Assembly: GCA_963749155.1 (NCBI GenBank)
Contig: CAVVLO010000002.1
Coordinates: forward strand, 1,216,001 to 1,280,000
Direction of reading: 5' to 3'
Source of the DNA: an uncultured Armatimonadia bacterium
Lineage (GTDB): Bacteria; Armatimonadota; Zipacnadia; CAVVLO01
Length of the DNA: 64,000 nucleotides
Shown: in pieces, positions 42,826 through 51,593 of the stretch
How positions within the stretch are numbered: the stretch's first letter is position 1
Layout: the number at the start of each line of letters is the position of its first letter
Translations under genes and position numbers: made by a program
Notes under the pieces: generated by a model
Seen by the model: the letters and a program-made list of their open reading frames with translations, nothing else
Database searches by the model: none
What the model was told of the DNA's origin: nothing

Positions 42826-44661
42826 ATGAGAAAGTCACCGAGTTTCCTGGTTTTGTCAGGCCTGCTTCTCCTGGTGTTGCTTCTGGGCAACTCCCAGTTG
42901 GCTGTTGCCCAAATGCGCGCGTATGCCACTATCAACAAAGTCACCTGGACCCAGCTTGCCAATGCCGTTACCGTGCGTATCGAATCAGACGGCATCCTGG
43001 AGGCTGACCTTGACTGGGAAAATATTGGCAACCTGATTGAGTGGAACGAAGACGTGGGTGACTGGCAGCCTAAGGCCTCTCAATCACTTTCCTTGCAGGT
43101 GGCTAATGGCAAGATTGGGGTTCAGAACTTTGTGGACATAAGCACCTATCCTGTCAGCCATCTCGAATTCTCTCCAATGACTTACGCGGAGCAGGGAATC
43201 GGCTGCAGGGTGCGCCTTCTGTTCTACAAAGAAGCGGGCTTGCTTGAAGCCTTTGGCGATTTTGACATCCGACAGTGGTGGGTAGCCAACTATGTTCCCT
43301 TGCGAGTCGAGGCGCAACTAAGCCGCGACCAGCGCGCTCTGCTTATCACGGTCTATTCCGACAGGCAGATCAATCCTAAAGCCAAAGACGATGAAGCTGC
43401 CGCAATAAAGCAGCGAATTGAAACGGCAAAAAGCTTACTGGTAGTCAGCGAACACGACGGCCTTATCGATGCCGACCTGCTTAATGTGCCCCTGGCAGAT
43501 GTCGTCAGAGAACTCGGCAAGCTGGAAGCCTGCCCCAGGCTGGTACTCCCCGAGGATATCAATCCTTACGTCACACTTTATGCCAAAGATCAGCCCCCAC
43601 TTAGACTGCTTGAGGCTATCGGAAGTATGACCGGCCTGACCTTGTGGCGCACTGATGGTCAATACTCTTATGCCCGCTCCAACATCGAGACAGCCAGCGG
43701 CTATTATGGTTCAAGCGCCTGTACTATCCAGCTGGAAAATATAAAACTGGAACAAGCGCTCAATCTGATGCCTGATTTCCTGTTGCGCGACCTGCGCCCC
43801 TCAGCCGAGCATAACGCAATCAATATCGCCTGCAGCGCACCGATTACTTCTAAAGTCCGGCAAGATATCGAGCTACTCGATCAACCACCACGCCAGGTCG
43901 GCCTGGCTCTGATGCTAGTTCAGTTCGAGAGAGAGAAAAACGAGAAAGTTTCTTTCTCTGCCCGTTATCAGAACGGCAACGACCTGTTTTCCTTCGATTC
44001 TGATCTGGGTACCCTTCTCGGTTGGCTTGACTCACCCAATCCCTTCTTCAGTCCACTTGGCTCAGTAGGCGGTTATTGGGATTTGCTGGTGCGTGGTCTG
44101 AAGACCAACCGCAAGGCCGAACTGCGCTCCTCACCCTACCTGGTTACGTTGTGCGGGCAGGAGGCCAGCCTTTTTGTCGGTAAGACTCAATATGTAAAGC
44201 GCAGTAATCCTTACGATGGCTCGGAAGAAGTTGGTCCTGTCAAGCTCGGAGTCAATCTCAAATTTACTCCCATCGTAGGGCCGGAAGGTGTGGTAACTCT
44301 TAAAATCTGGGCTTCCGATTCGAGCATCATTGACCTTGATGCCCAGACCGGTCAGCCTACTCTGCGCTCGGCCGAATTCACGGGCACGGTCCGCGCCAAT
44401 TCTGGCGAAACGATCTATATCGGTGGCCTGGAATTACAGCGTCGCGAAAAAATCGAACAGAAGCTGCCTGTGCTTGGCGATCTGCCTCTGATTGGTAAAC
44501 TCTTTACCTCCACCAGCAAGTTGGAGGTCGACTCAGATTTTGGACTCTTCATTACGCCTTTCCTCTTGCCCGATTCGCAGGGCTTTCCAGCCCAGCAGCT
44601 CGGTCTGATGAATCGCGTTCAACTTATGATGGACTCTGAGACTAAGGAAGGTAAGCAATGA
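42826..44661 (+). CDS. Secretin-family outer-membrane protein 2 (extra AMIN-like N-terminal domain)
   Basis: Signal peptide; GETIYIGGL...LPVLGDLPLIGKLF...LFITP. Confidence 0.85.
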   Translation: MRKSPSFLVLSGLLLLVLLLGNSQLAVAQMRAYATINKVTWTQLANAVTVRIESDGILEADLDWENIGNLIEWNEDVGDWQPKASQSLSLQVANGKIGVQNFVDISTYPVSHLEFSPMTYAEQGIGCRVRLLFYKEAGLLEAFGDFDIRQWWVANYVPLRVEAQLSRDQRALLITVYSDRQINPKAKDDEAAAIKQRIETAKSLLVVSEHDGLIDADLLNVPLADVVRELGKLEACPRLVLPEDINPYVTLYAKDQPPLRLLEAIGSMTGLTLWRTDGQYSYARSNIETASGYYGSSACTIQLENIKLEQALNLMPDFLLRDLRPSAEHNAINIACSAPITSKVRQDIELLDQPPRQVGLALMLVQFEREKNEKVSFSARYQNGNDLFSFDSDLGTLLGWLDSPNPFFSPLGSVGGYWDLLVRGLKTNRKAELRSSPYLVTLCGQEASLFVGKTQYVKRSNPYDGSEEVGPVKLGVNLKFTPIVGPEGVVTLKIWASDSSIIDLDAQTGQPTLRSAEFTGTVRANSGETIYIGGLELQRREKIEQKLPVLGDLPLIGKLFTSTSKLEVDSDFGLFITPFLLPDSQGFPAQQLGLMNRVQLMMDSETKEGKQ

Positions 44662-46382
44662 TACGACTTATTCTGGCTCTGACCCTGATAACTGTAATGC
44701 TTGCGCTGGTGTTGGTCCCTGCCTCTGCTGCGCCAGTCTATAGCAGCATCACCGAGATCACCTCAAGAGAGCTTTCTAATGGGGTGCAGATCACCATCAA
44801 GGCCGACGGGGTAATCGAGTGGCATGTCCCTCGCCGGTTTAACAGCACCACGCCTACCAGCAGGCTGGAGGTACACTTTCCCGCTTCGCTCAACAGCAGT
44901 GGGGAAAGCACCTTCTATATAAACAAATATCCTGTCAGCCTGGCCCAACTGCAGATTGCACCCGATGCCAAGGAAGGGGTGGGGGTCGAGTTATACATAA
45001 CAATGATAGAGCCCTCTACCTTCTCAGTTTCGCAAAGCGATGATATGACCAGTGTCGTCATCACCATCAATAGCGACCGCACCCTGGCAGCAGGCGCTGG
45101 CGGCAAAGGGGCAGGAGGCGAAGCCGAGAGCCAGCTTTTTGTTGAAGCCGATGATATGGGCCTCCTGACTGTGAACGCACAGAAGGCCAGCTTCCCCAAG
45201 CTTATTCGTATGGTCGGCGAAAAAACTGGCCTGGATATCGTGGTAAACGATGCCGCCTCCCTTGCCAACCTGACGCTCTCTATCAACCTTACTGGCGCCA
45301 AACCTGAAGAGGCCTTCCAGGCTATTGCTTCTGCCACTGGACTTGCGCTTTCCAAGCAGGGCGATGAGATACCCATCTATATGTTTAGCCAGGGCATCCC
45401 GGTTGATCTGGCTTCCTACCGGCTCTCTGCCACCGAGTCCTTCTCCATGGACCAGATCCTTGCCTCCGATGCTCCCAAGATGCTGCCCAACTTCCTGTTG
45501 CAGTATCTTCACGTGAACAATGCGCAGAATGCCGTCGTTGTTACTGCGCCTGATCAGATGCTTGAAAAGATTGGCGCTGACCTGGACAAAGTGGATATTG
45601 GCCCGCCGGTCATTATGGTTGAGGCTCTGGTCGTGGAGTTCAAGGACACCGAAGACAAAGATAGTTTTATGTCGATGGTCTACCGCAGTGGTGAGCGTCA
45701 ATTTATCACCAGACCTGACCAGGGGCTCTCCTATTACACCGACATTGGCTCTTTGCCAAGCAACTTCCAGGCCTCTCTTAAGGCACTGGAAAACAGCAGT
45801 ACTGCTCGAGTCGTGGCCAACCCGAGGATGTCCTGCCTCAACGGCCGGTATGCCACTGTCTTCATAGGGAAGATCCGCTTCATCAACGTAGAGTTCCTTT
45901 CTTATGGCACGCTGGTCAAGTTGATTCAAGGTGTCAACGTCGGCGTCAGCTTGACTATCGCTCCCTGGACGGGCGGTAATGGCGAGATCACAACCCTTAT
46001 CGTGCCTCAGGTCAGCAACATCGCCGAGTTGGACCGAGAATCCGGCCTGCCTACCCTTAGCACCCGGCAAGTATCGACTACAGTGCGCGTGAAGGATGGC
46101 CAGACGATAATTATCGGTGGCCTGAAGCAGACTCAGGTTTTCGAGCGCGAATCCAAACTCCCGATTCTGGGCGACCTGCCGCTCATTGGCGATCTGTTCA
46201 CGCGCAAAAGCAAGAACAGCGTAGACTCCGAGCTTGTAATCTTCATCACGCCCCATATCCTCAATCCGGAAACTTGCCAGCTCGAAGGCGATGAGCGCGA
46301 GCAGCGCTGGCGCGAAGAATTCCTGGGCGCCGAGGGAGTCAGTTGTGAGGTTCCACTGCCTTCTCTGACTTCTCCCAACTAG
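44658..46382 (+). CDS. Secretin-family outer-membrane protein 3 (extra AMIN-like N-terminal domain)
   Basis: ATGA overlap with secretin 2; VRVKDGQTIIIGGL...LPILGDLPLIGDLF...ELVIFITP. Confidence 0.88.
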   Translation: MIRLILALTLITVMLALVLVPASAAPVYSSITEITSRELSNGVQITIKADGVIEWHVPRRFNSTTPTSRLEVHFPASLNSSGESTFYINKYPVSLAQLQIAPDAKEGVGVELYITMIEPSTFSVSQSDDMTSVVITINSDRTLAAGAGGKGAGGEAESQLFVEADDMGLLTVNAQKASFPKLIRMVGEKTGLDIVVNDAASLANLTLSINLTGAKPEEAFQAIASATGLALSKQGDEIPIYMFSQGIPVDLASYRLSATESFSMDQILASDAPKMLPNFLLQYLHVNNAQNAVVVTAPDQMLEKIGADLDKVDIGPPVIMVEALVVEFKDTEDKDSFMSMVYRSGERQFITRPDQGLSYYTDIGSLPSNFQASLKALENSSTARVVANPRMSCLNGRYATVFIGKIRFINVEFLSYGTLVKLIQGVNVGVSLTIAPWTGGNGEITTLIVPQVSNIAELDRESGLPTLSTRQVSTTVRVKDGQTIIIGGLKQTQVFERESKLPILGDLPLIGDLFTRKSKNSVDSELVIFITPHILNPETCQLEGDEREQRWREEFLGAEGVSCEVPLPSLTSPN

Positions 46383-46406
46383 CTTCAACGGCTAGTTTAA
46401 AAACCA

Positions 46407-46433
46407 GAAAGGAGCCCTTCGGGGCTCCTTTTC
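46407..46433 (+). terminator. Terminator after the secretin triplet
   Basis: GAAAGGAGCCC-TTCG-GGGCTCCTTTTC. Confidence 0.85.
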
Positions 46434-46511
46434 GTTTGCAGGCTAGTAGGTGCTTCCAGCTTCCTCCCGAACTACAAACCCACTCGCCAGCCAGGCGCAG
46501 GAGGTAACTGG

Positions 46512-47795
46512 ATGGAATCACTGTTGCTAGTTTTGCTAATGGTATTGTTGCTTGCTCTTTGTGTCAGCTCTGTTGGGGCTGAGGCCGTCTTCCCGATTGC
46601 CGATTTCGGCGCCGCCGCGGATGCAACTACCGACGACACCGCTGCCATACAAGCAGCCCTCGATGCCGCCTCGCAAGCGGGAGGAGGCATCGTCCAACTC
46701 GACAACAAGCAGTACCTCGTGGCAGGCAGCCTCACCCTCCCTCGCGGCGTTACGCTGCAGGGCCTGTGGGAGATGCCCCACCATGCCGCCCTCGAGTTCG
46801 GCACCACCATCTACGCCACCGGTGGCAAGGGCCAGGCTGACGGCACCCCGCTCATCAATCTGATGCCGGATTCGGCCGTGAAGGGGATGACCTTCTTTTA
46901 CCCCGAGCAGCAGCTTTCGGACATCCAGCCCTACCCCTGGACCATCCAGGGCCGCGGGATGCACTCCAGCGTAATTGACGTAACGCTTGTCAACTCATAT
47001 CAGGGTATCGACTTCGGTACCCACGGGCATGAGCTGCACTATATCCGCAACGTCTTCGGCTGCCCCCTCAAAATCGGTGTCTATATAGACAAGTGTACCG
47101 ATATCGGCCGGGTGGAGAACGTCCACTTCAATCCCCACTATTGGCTCAGGTCCAGCGACCCCCAGCTTGCTGCCTTCGCGGACCAGGGCTGGGCAACCTT
47201 GAGAGAGTATCTCTTCGATAACCTGACCGCCTTCCTCATCGGGCGCTCTGACTGGGAATATATCTTCAATACCTTCAGCTTCGGCGCGCATATCGGCTAT
47301 CACTTCATCGAGACACCCTCTGGCGCGACCAACGGCAACTTCCTGGGAATCGCTTCCGACTGGGCCTGGACCAGCGTCAAGGTCGACGCCACCCAGGAGC
47401 CTGGCCTGCTCATCACCAACGGTCAGTTCGTCGGTGGCACAGGCTCTGGCAAGGTCATCGACATCACCGACGGAGTGGTGCAGCTCTCGAACTGCGCCTT
47501 CTGGGGTCCTCAGGATGTTATCGTTTCGATAACTGGTCGTTCTTTCGCCAGCTTCAGCCAGTGCAATTTCTGCCACTGGGATCAGTCCAAACAGGGCGTG
47601 CCTGCTATAGACGCCAAGGGCGGCACGCTGCTTATGCAGAGCTGCCGGTTCGGTCAGGACAAGCTTTCGATCCGGCTCGGGCCGGATGTCGCGGCGGCCA
47701 GCCTCATCGCCAACGGTTTCCGCAAGAAAGTGACCATCGAGAACAACAGCACAGGCCAGGTTGAGCTGGTCGGCAACCTGCCAGTGCCGTATTAA
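46512..47795 (+). CDS. Secreted parallel beta-helix protein (pectate lyase 3 / GH28-related superfamily)
   Basis: DFGAAADATTDDTAAIQAALDAA...GGG.V motif; GRVENVHFNP; RBS AGGAGGT. Confidence 0.85.
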   Translation: MESLLLVLLMVLLLALCVSSVGAEAVFPIADFGAAADATTDDTAAIQAALDAASQAGGGIVQLDNKQYLVAGSLTLPRGVTLQGLWEMPHHAALEFGTTIYATGGKGQADGTPLINLMPDSAVKGMTFFYPEQQLSDIQPYPWTIQGRGMHSSVIDVTLVNSYQGIDFGTHGHELHYIRNVFGCPLKIGVYIDKCTDIGRVENVHFNPHYWLRSSDPQLAAFADQGWATLREYLFDNLTAFLIGRSDWEYIFNTFSFGAHIGYHFIETPSGATNGNFLGIASDWAWTSVKVDATQEPGLLITNGQFVGGTGSGKVIDITDGVVQLSNCAFWGPQDVIVSITGRSFASFSQCNFCHWDQSKQGVPAIDAKGGTLLMQSCRFGQDKLSIRLGPDVAAASLIANGFRKKVTIENNSTGQVELVGNLPVPY

Positions 47796-47812
47796 CCTGC
47801 CAGGCCAAACCA

Positions 47813-47850
47813 GAAAAAAGAGCCGGCGCGCGTAGCGCCGGCTCTTTTCT
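47813..47850. terminator. Bidirectional terminator
   Basis: AAAAAGAGCCGGCGC-GCGTA-GCGCCGGCTCTTTT between convergent genes. Confidence 0.85.
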
Positions 47851-47875
47851 TGCCCAACCAGTTTGTTTTGGCTTG

Positions 47876-49141
47876 CTACTTAAGATCGGTCAAATCTAGC
47901 GGCCTGTGTTCTTCTTGCAGTTTTGCTTCAGCGACTAGTCGCAGCCTGCCCGCATAACTTTGCCATTCGCCGTCGGTATCCAGGCGGATCAGCCAGGCCA
48001 GCAATCTAAGCGTGCGTTCAGGCTCCTCTTGCTTGCAGGCAAGTTCTGCCGCCCGGAGCAGTGCCTGTAAAGCCATCGAATCACTCGGCCAGAGCGCAAC
48101 AAACAGCTCAAATACGCGGCTTGCGACCTTGTCATGCTCGATTGCGTCCAGCTTCCGCGCCTGCTTCAGCACCGTCATCGAATCCAGGCGACTTGCGCTG
48201 GCCTGGGCGATAAGCCCTTCCACAAGCCCTGAGGCTTCTTCATCGCGTCCAGCAAGCGCAAGCCCTTCGACTGCGGCCAGCTTGTAGGGGGCTGCATCCT
48301 CCGCCTGGTGGGTCTGCTCCATTGCATCGGCGACCATCAGGTTGGCGTCAGGATTGGTCGGCGCCCAGCGTAGCAACGATTTGCCTGCCGCTTTGACCCC
48401 ATGCCAGTTGCCATTTTCGGCGTATTCACGAGCCTGGTCGAAATAATTCTCTTCCAGCGCCGAGGTATTCATCTTCAAGCCGAAAGAAGCTGCCATACCG
48501 AAAGCGAATCCGCCGATATGCGCCCAATAGGCGACGTCCGCAATAGAGGTATGTAGTTCGGTTTCCGCCATCCCCCACATATAGGCCAGCAGCAATTGGA
48601 GAGCAAACCAAAGCCCCAGCACTAGCCAGCCAGTTACAGGATAGACCTGACAGATTATGCGGTATCGGTACATCCAGCCCCAGACGACGAAGACGAACAC
48701 ATTGACCGGTACGAAGTAATACCGCACCGCGAAAAGGCCAAGTATGCCCGCGATGGCCCCGGAGGAACCAACACCCCCTCTTGCCGCCTCGCCCTGGGTA
48801 ATCCAGTGCTCATAGCCGAACTGCGCTCCGATTGCTACCAGCCCAGCGCACAGGTACAACACCAAAAAATTGAAGGGCCCCAGATCGTCCTCGACATGCG
48901 GTCCGAACACCCACAGGAAAAGCATATTCCCAACCAGATGGAAGAGCCCCGCATGGGTAAACATATGGGTCAGTACCTGGCCCCAGGCGAAGTTGTCAGG
49001 CTGGAAGGCCAGCTTGTCCAGTGCCTCTTCATATCCCAGCACCAGGCACAGGATATAGACGATGCCATTGGCTCCGATCAGGCAGTAGGTCGCCCAGGGG
49101 AAATACTGCCCCTTGCGCCAGGTGCCAATCGGTATAATCAT
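47876..49141 (-). CDS. Rhomboid intramembrane serine protease with C-terminal TPR-like helical domain
   Basis: HAGLFHLVGNM, GSSGAI (catalytic Ser), AYWAHIGG (catalytic His); helical-repeat tail. Confidence 0.9.
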   Translation of the reverse strand: MIIPIGTWRKGQYFPWATYCLIGANGIVYILCLVLGYEEALDKLAFQPDNFAWGQVLTHMFTHAGLFHLVGNMLFLWVFGPHVEDDLGPFNFLVLYLCAGLVAIGAQFGYEHWITQGEAARGGVGSSGAIAGILGLFAVRYYFVPVNVFVFVVWGWMYRYRIICQVYPVTGWLVLGLWFALQLLLAYMWGMAETELHTSIADVAYWAHIGGFAFGMAASFGLKMNTSALEENYFDQAREYAENGNWHGVKAAGKSLLRWAPTNPDANLMVADAMEQTHQAEDAAPYKLAAVEGLALAGRDEEASGLVEGLIAQASASRLDSMTVLKQARKLDAIEHDKVASRVFELFVALWPSDSMALQALLRAAELACKQEEPERTLRLLAWLIRLDTDGEWQSYAGRLRLVAEAKLQEEHRPLDLTDLK

Positions 49142-49156
49142 TGGGTTGTCACCCTC

Positions 49157-49861
49157 CTACTGGACGCGAGTATATCTGAAGGGCCGGCCCCGTTTTGACC
49201 CTTTGACCGAGCGCGCTATCAGCCAGCCGCAACCAAAGCCCGCCACGTGAGCCAGCCAGGCCACTCCTGCTCCCTCAATTGTGCCCATCCCCCAAAGCGA
49301 TTGGAGGAGCTGCAAAACGAACCAGTATCCAAGGTACACCGTCGCCGGTAGTTCCAGGATGAAAGGCCAGAAGAACAGGAAGAAGACGGTTAGTATGCGC
49401 GCGTAGGGGAAGAACACCAGATAAGCGCCAAGCACCCCTGCTATCGCTCCGCTTGCGCCTACAATCGGTGTCGTTGTATCTCCAGCGAGCGCTCCAAAGG
49501 CGCTTTGCGCAAGCGCGCCTGCCACCCCGCAGCCAAGGTAGAAGACCAAAAATCTGGGCTTGCCGAGAGAGTCCTCGACATTATCGCCGAACACCCAGAG
49601 AAACCACATATTGCCGATAAGGTGCAGCCAGCCCCCATGCACGAACATATGTGTGATGAGCGGCGCCAGCCCCCACAAATCCACCAGGGAGTGACTTGTG
49701 AACACATCGGCAGGCACAAGTCCCCATCGGCGAGCGAAGGCCTCGAGGATTGGCAGGGGCATCGCTGCCTCGGATAAAAATACGACTGCCGAGGTCAGTA
49801 TCAATGCGAAGACGACAAGAGGTTTCTTGCGAGAGGGCACATCGTCGCTTATTGGGAACAC
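49157..49861 (-). CDS. Rhomboid intramembrane serine protease
   Basis: MFPISD, HGGWLHLIGNM, GDNVED, GASGAI, WLAHVAG. Confidence 0.93.
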   Translation of the reverse strand: MFPISDDVPSRKKPLVVFALILTSAVVFLSEAAMPLPILEAFARRWGLVPADVFTSHSLVDLWGLAPLITHMFVHGGWLHLIGNMWFLWVFGDNVEDSLGKPRFLVFYLGCGVAGALAQSAFGALAGDTTTPIVGASGAIAGVLGAYLVFFPYARILTVFFLFFWPFILELPATVYLGYWFVLQLLQSLWGMGTIEGAGVAWLAHVAGFGCGWLIARSVKGSKRGRPFRYTRVQ

Positions 49862-49876
49862 GGCTGGCCGCCTCCC

Positions 49877-50650
49877 TCAGACTCGAGGCACATCAGGGGC
49901 GAAATGGTCCTGGAAGGACCAGAGCCATTTCTGCATCAGACCTGGAGACTGCGGATGCATCGCTCGCCGCGAGGCGGCCTGGGCTTCCTGCACTCTGCCC
50001 AGATGGGCCAGCGCCTGGGCCAGATGCTGTTGCACATCGGGAGAGTCAGGGCTGCGCCTGGCTGCCCATTCGAGATAAGGCACAGCCTCGGCTAGTCGCT
50101 TGCTCTTGAATAACGCCCAGCCGTAGCTGTCTACAATATAAGGCGAGGCAGGTTCGAGCTCCATTGCATGTTGAAGAGAAGCAAGCGCCAAATCCAGGTC
50201 CTCTTCCAGCTCGACCAGCATATAGCCTGCATCGTTCAGCACCTGGGGATCATCGGGAAAGCGCACAAGCAGTTCTTTGTAATACTGAAGGCTTTCTTCA
50301 CTAGCACCCTGACTGCTGAGCGCCCAGGCATAAGCCAGGGGAGCGCGAGCCCCTGTATCAAGTTCGGCGGCTTTGCGCAGATATTCGAGGCCTTGTTCAG
50401 CCTCTCCGACGCCTAGCATCAACTGACCGGCCCGGCTCCAGACGCTTACTTCATCAGGACGCATTTTTATGGATTGTTCTGCAAGAGCTACAACCTGCAA
50501 GCTGTTGCCTTCCACGCCAGCCTTGTAGGCGCGCGCAAGCAATCGTTCGGAGGCAATAAGGCCAACGAAGTCGGTCCTGAGGGCCGGTGATATCATTATC
50601 ACCGCGTACAGCCCAACCAGAAGCAGTATTGGAATCCAGTATCCTCTCAT
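49877..50650 (-). CDS. Membrane-anchored TPR protein
   Basis: N-terminal TM segment (MRGYWIPILL...); TPRs including LNDAGY and DSYGWALF motifs. Confidence 0.85.
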   Translation of the reverse strand: MRGYWIPILLLVGLYAVIMISPALRTDFVGLIASERLLARAYKAGVEGNSLQVVALAEQSIKMRPDEVSVWSRAGQLMLGVGEAEQGLEYLRKAAELDTGARAPLAYAWALSSQGASEESLQYYKELLVRFPDDPQVLNDAGYMLVELEEDLDLALASLQHAMELEPASPYIVDSYGWALFKSKRLAEAVPYLEWAARRSPDSPDVQQHLAQALAHLGRVQEAQAASRRAMHPQSPGLMQKWLWSFQDHFAPDVPRV

Positions 50651-50652
50651 AA

Positions 50653-51588
50653 TCACACAGGCCAGATGCGCAGATAATTCCAGGCGATAAGGGCACAAGC
50701 CGCCCAGGCCCAGTGAGCCGCCACCAGTTCCAGGTAGGCGCCTCGCCTCAGCCAGGCATAGGATAGCACAAACCCCGCAAGTGAGGCGGCCACAATATGG
50801 ATGCCCGAGGTGCTCATAAGGCCGAAGAACAGCCCCGCTACCAGGGCCACAAGCCAGGTGGGCCTGAAGCCTTTGGCTCCTTTTAACACCAACACCCGGT
50901 AGTAAAGCTCCTGCGAAGGAGCGATAATCACAGCCAGCAAGAGGAGCGCAGGCCAAAGCTGGCCGGAGGTTCTCACAATACCAGCCAGTGCCCACGGTCC
51001 GCGATTGTCGGAGACCATACTGAGCATCAGGTGGTAATCCACAGCCAGCAACCTGGCCAAAATCCAGGTTGCGCCAATATGCGCTCCCCAGCAGACAATC
51101 CAGAGCGCTAGTCCTAATACAAGGCCCACTCCAAGCTGTGCCAGCCAGTGACCAGAAGAGGTGACTGCTTGCACCTGGGCTTCTGCAGACTCTTCGTGCA
51201 GCTTTTTTCTTGAGCGCGGTTGCCAGCTCTCGACCAGCAAGCCCAGCCCATACGCAGCCACGGTTACAAGCTTGACCAGAGAAGTAGCCTCGCCGATTGT
51301 GCCCGAAGAATAAGCTCTGAACAGTCCCCCTGCTGCCAGCGCCGCAATATTTGCCAGGAGGAGAGGTCGGAACAACCGCCAGAAGGCGCTGAAGAAGCGT
51401 GAAGCCCGGCCCGAGCTTTCATGCGGGGCCGGATGGGGAAGGAACCACCACTGATACAGCCATATAACTAGCCCAATCAACACCACAAGCCGGCCGAAAA
51501 CCAGCAGGCTATAAAAACTCGCAACAAAAAGCGAGTCGGCGAAGGCCATCACATAAAGCTTGATCGCTTCCAGGGCACTGCCCAGCAC
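50653..51588 (-). CDS. CPBP/CAAX (Abi) family membrane protein with degenerate catalytic motifs
   Basis: IIAPSQELYYR (canonical EExxxR), FFGLMS (canonical FxxxH), AAHWAW (canonical HxxxN); 8-9 TM segments. Confidence 0.7.
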   Translation of the reverse strand: MLGSALEAIKLYVMAFADSLFVASFYSLLVFGRLVVLIGLVIWLYQWWFLPHPAPHESSGRASRFFSAFWRLFRPLLLANIAALAAGGLFRAYSSGTIGEATSLVKLVTVAAYGLGLLVESWQPRSRKKLHEESAEAQVQAVTSSGHWLAQLGVGLVLGLALWIVCWGAHIGATWILARLLAVDYHLMLSMVSDNRGPWALAGIVRTSGQLWPALLLLAVIIAPSQELYYRVLVLKGAKGFRPTWLVALVAGLFFGLMSTSGIHIVAASLAGFVLSYAWLRRGAYLELVAAHWAWAACALIAWNYLRIWPV

Positions 51589-51593
51589 AGGCG

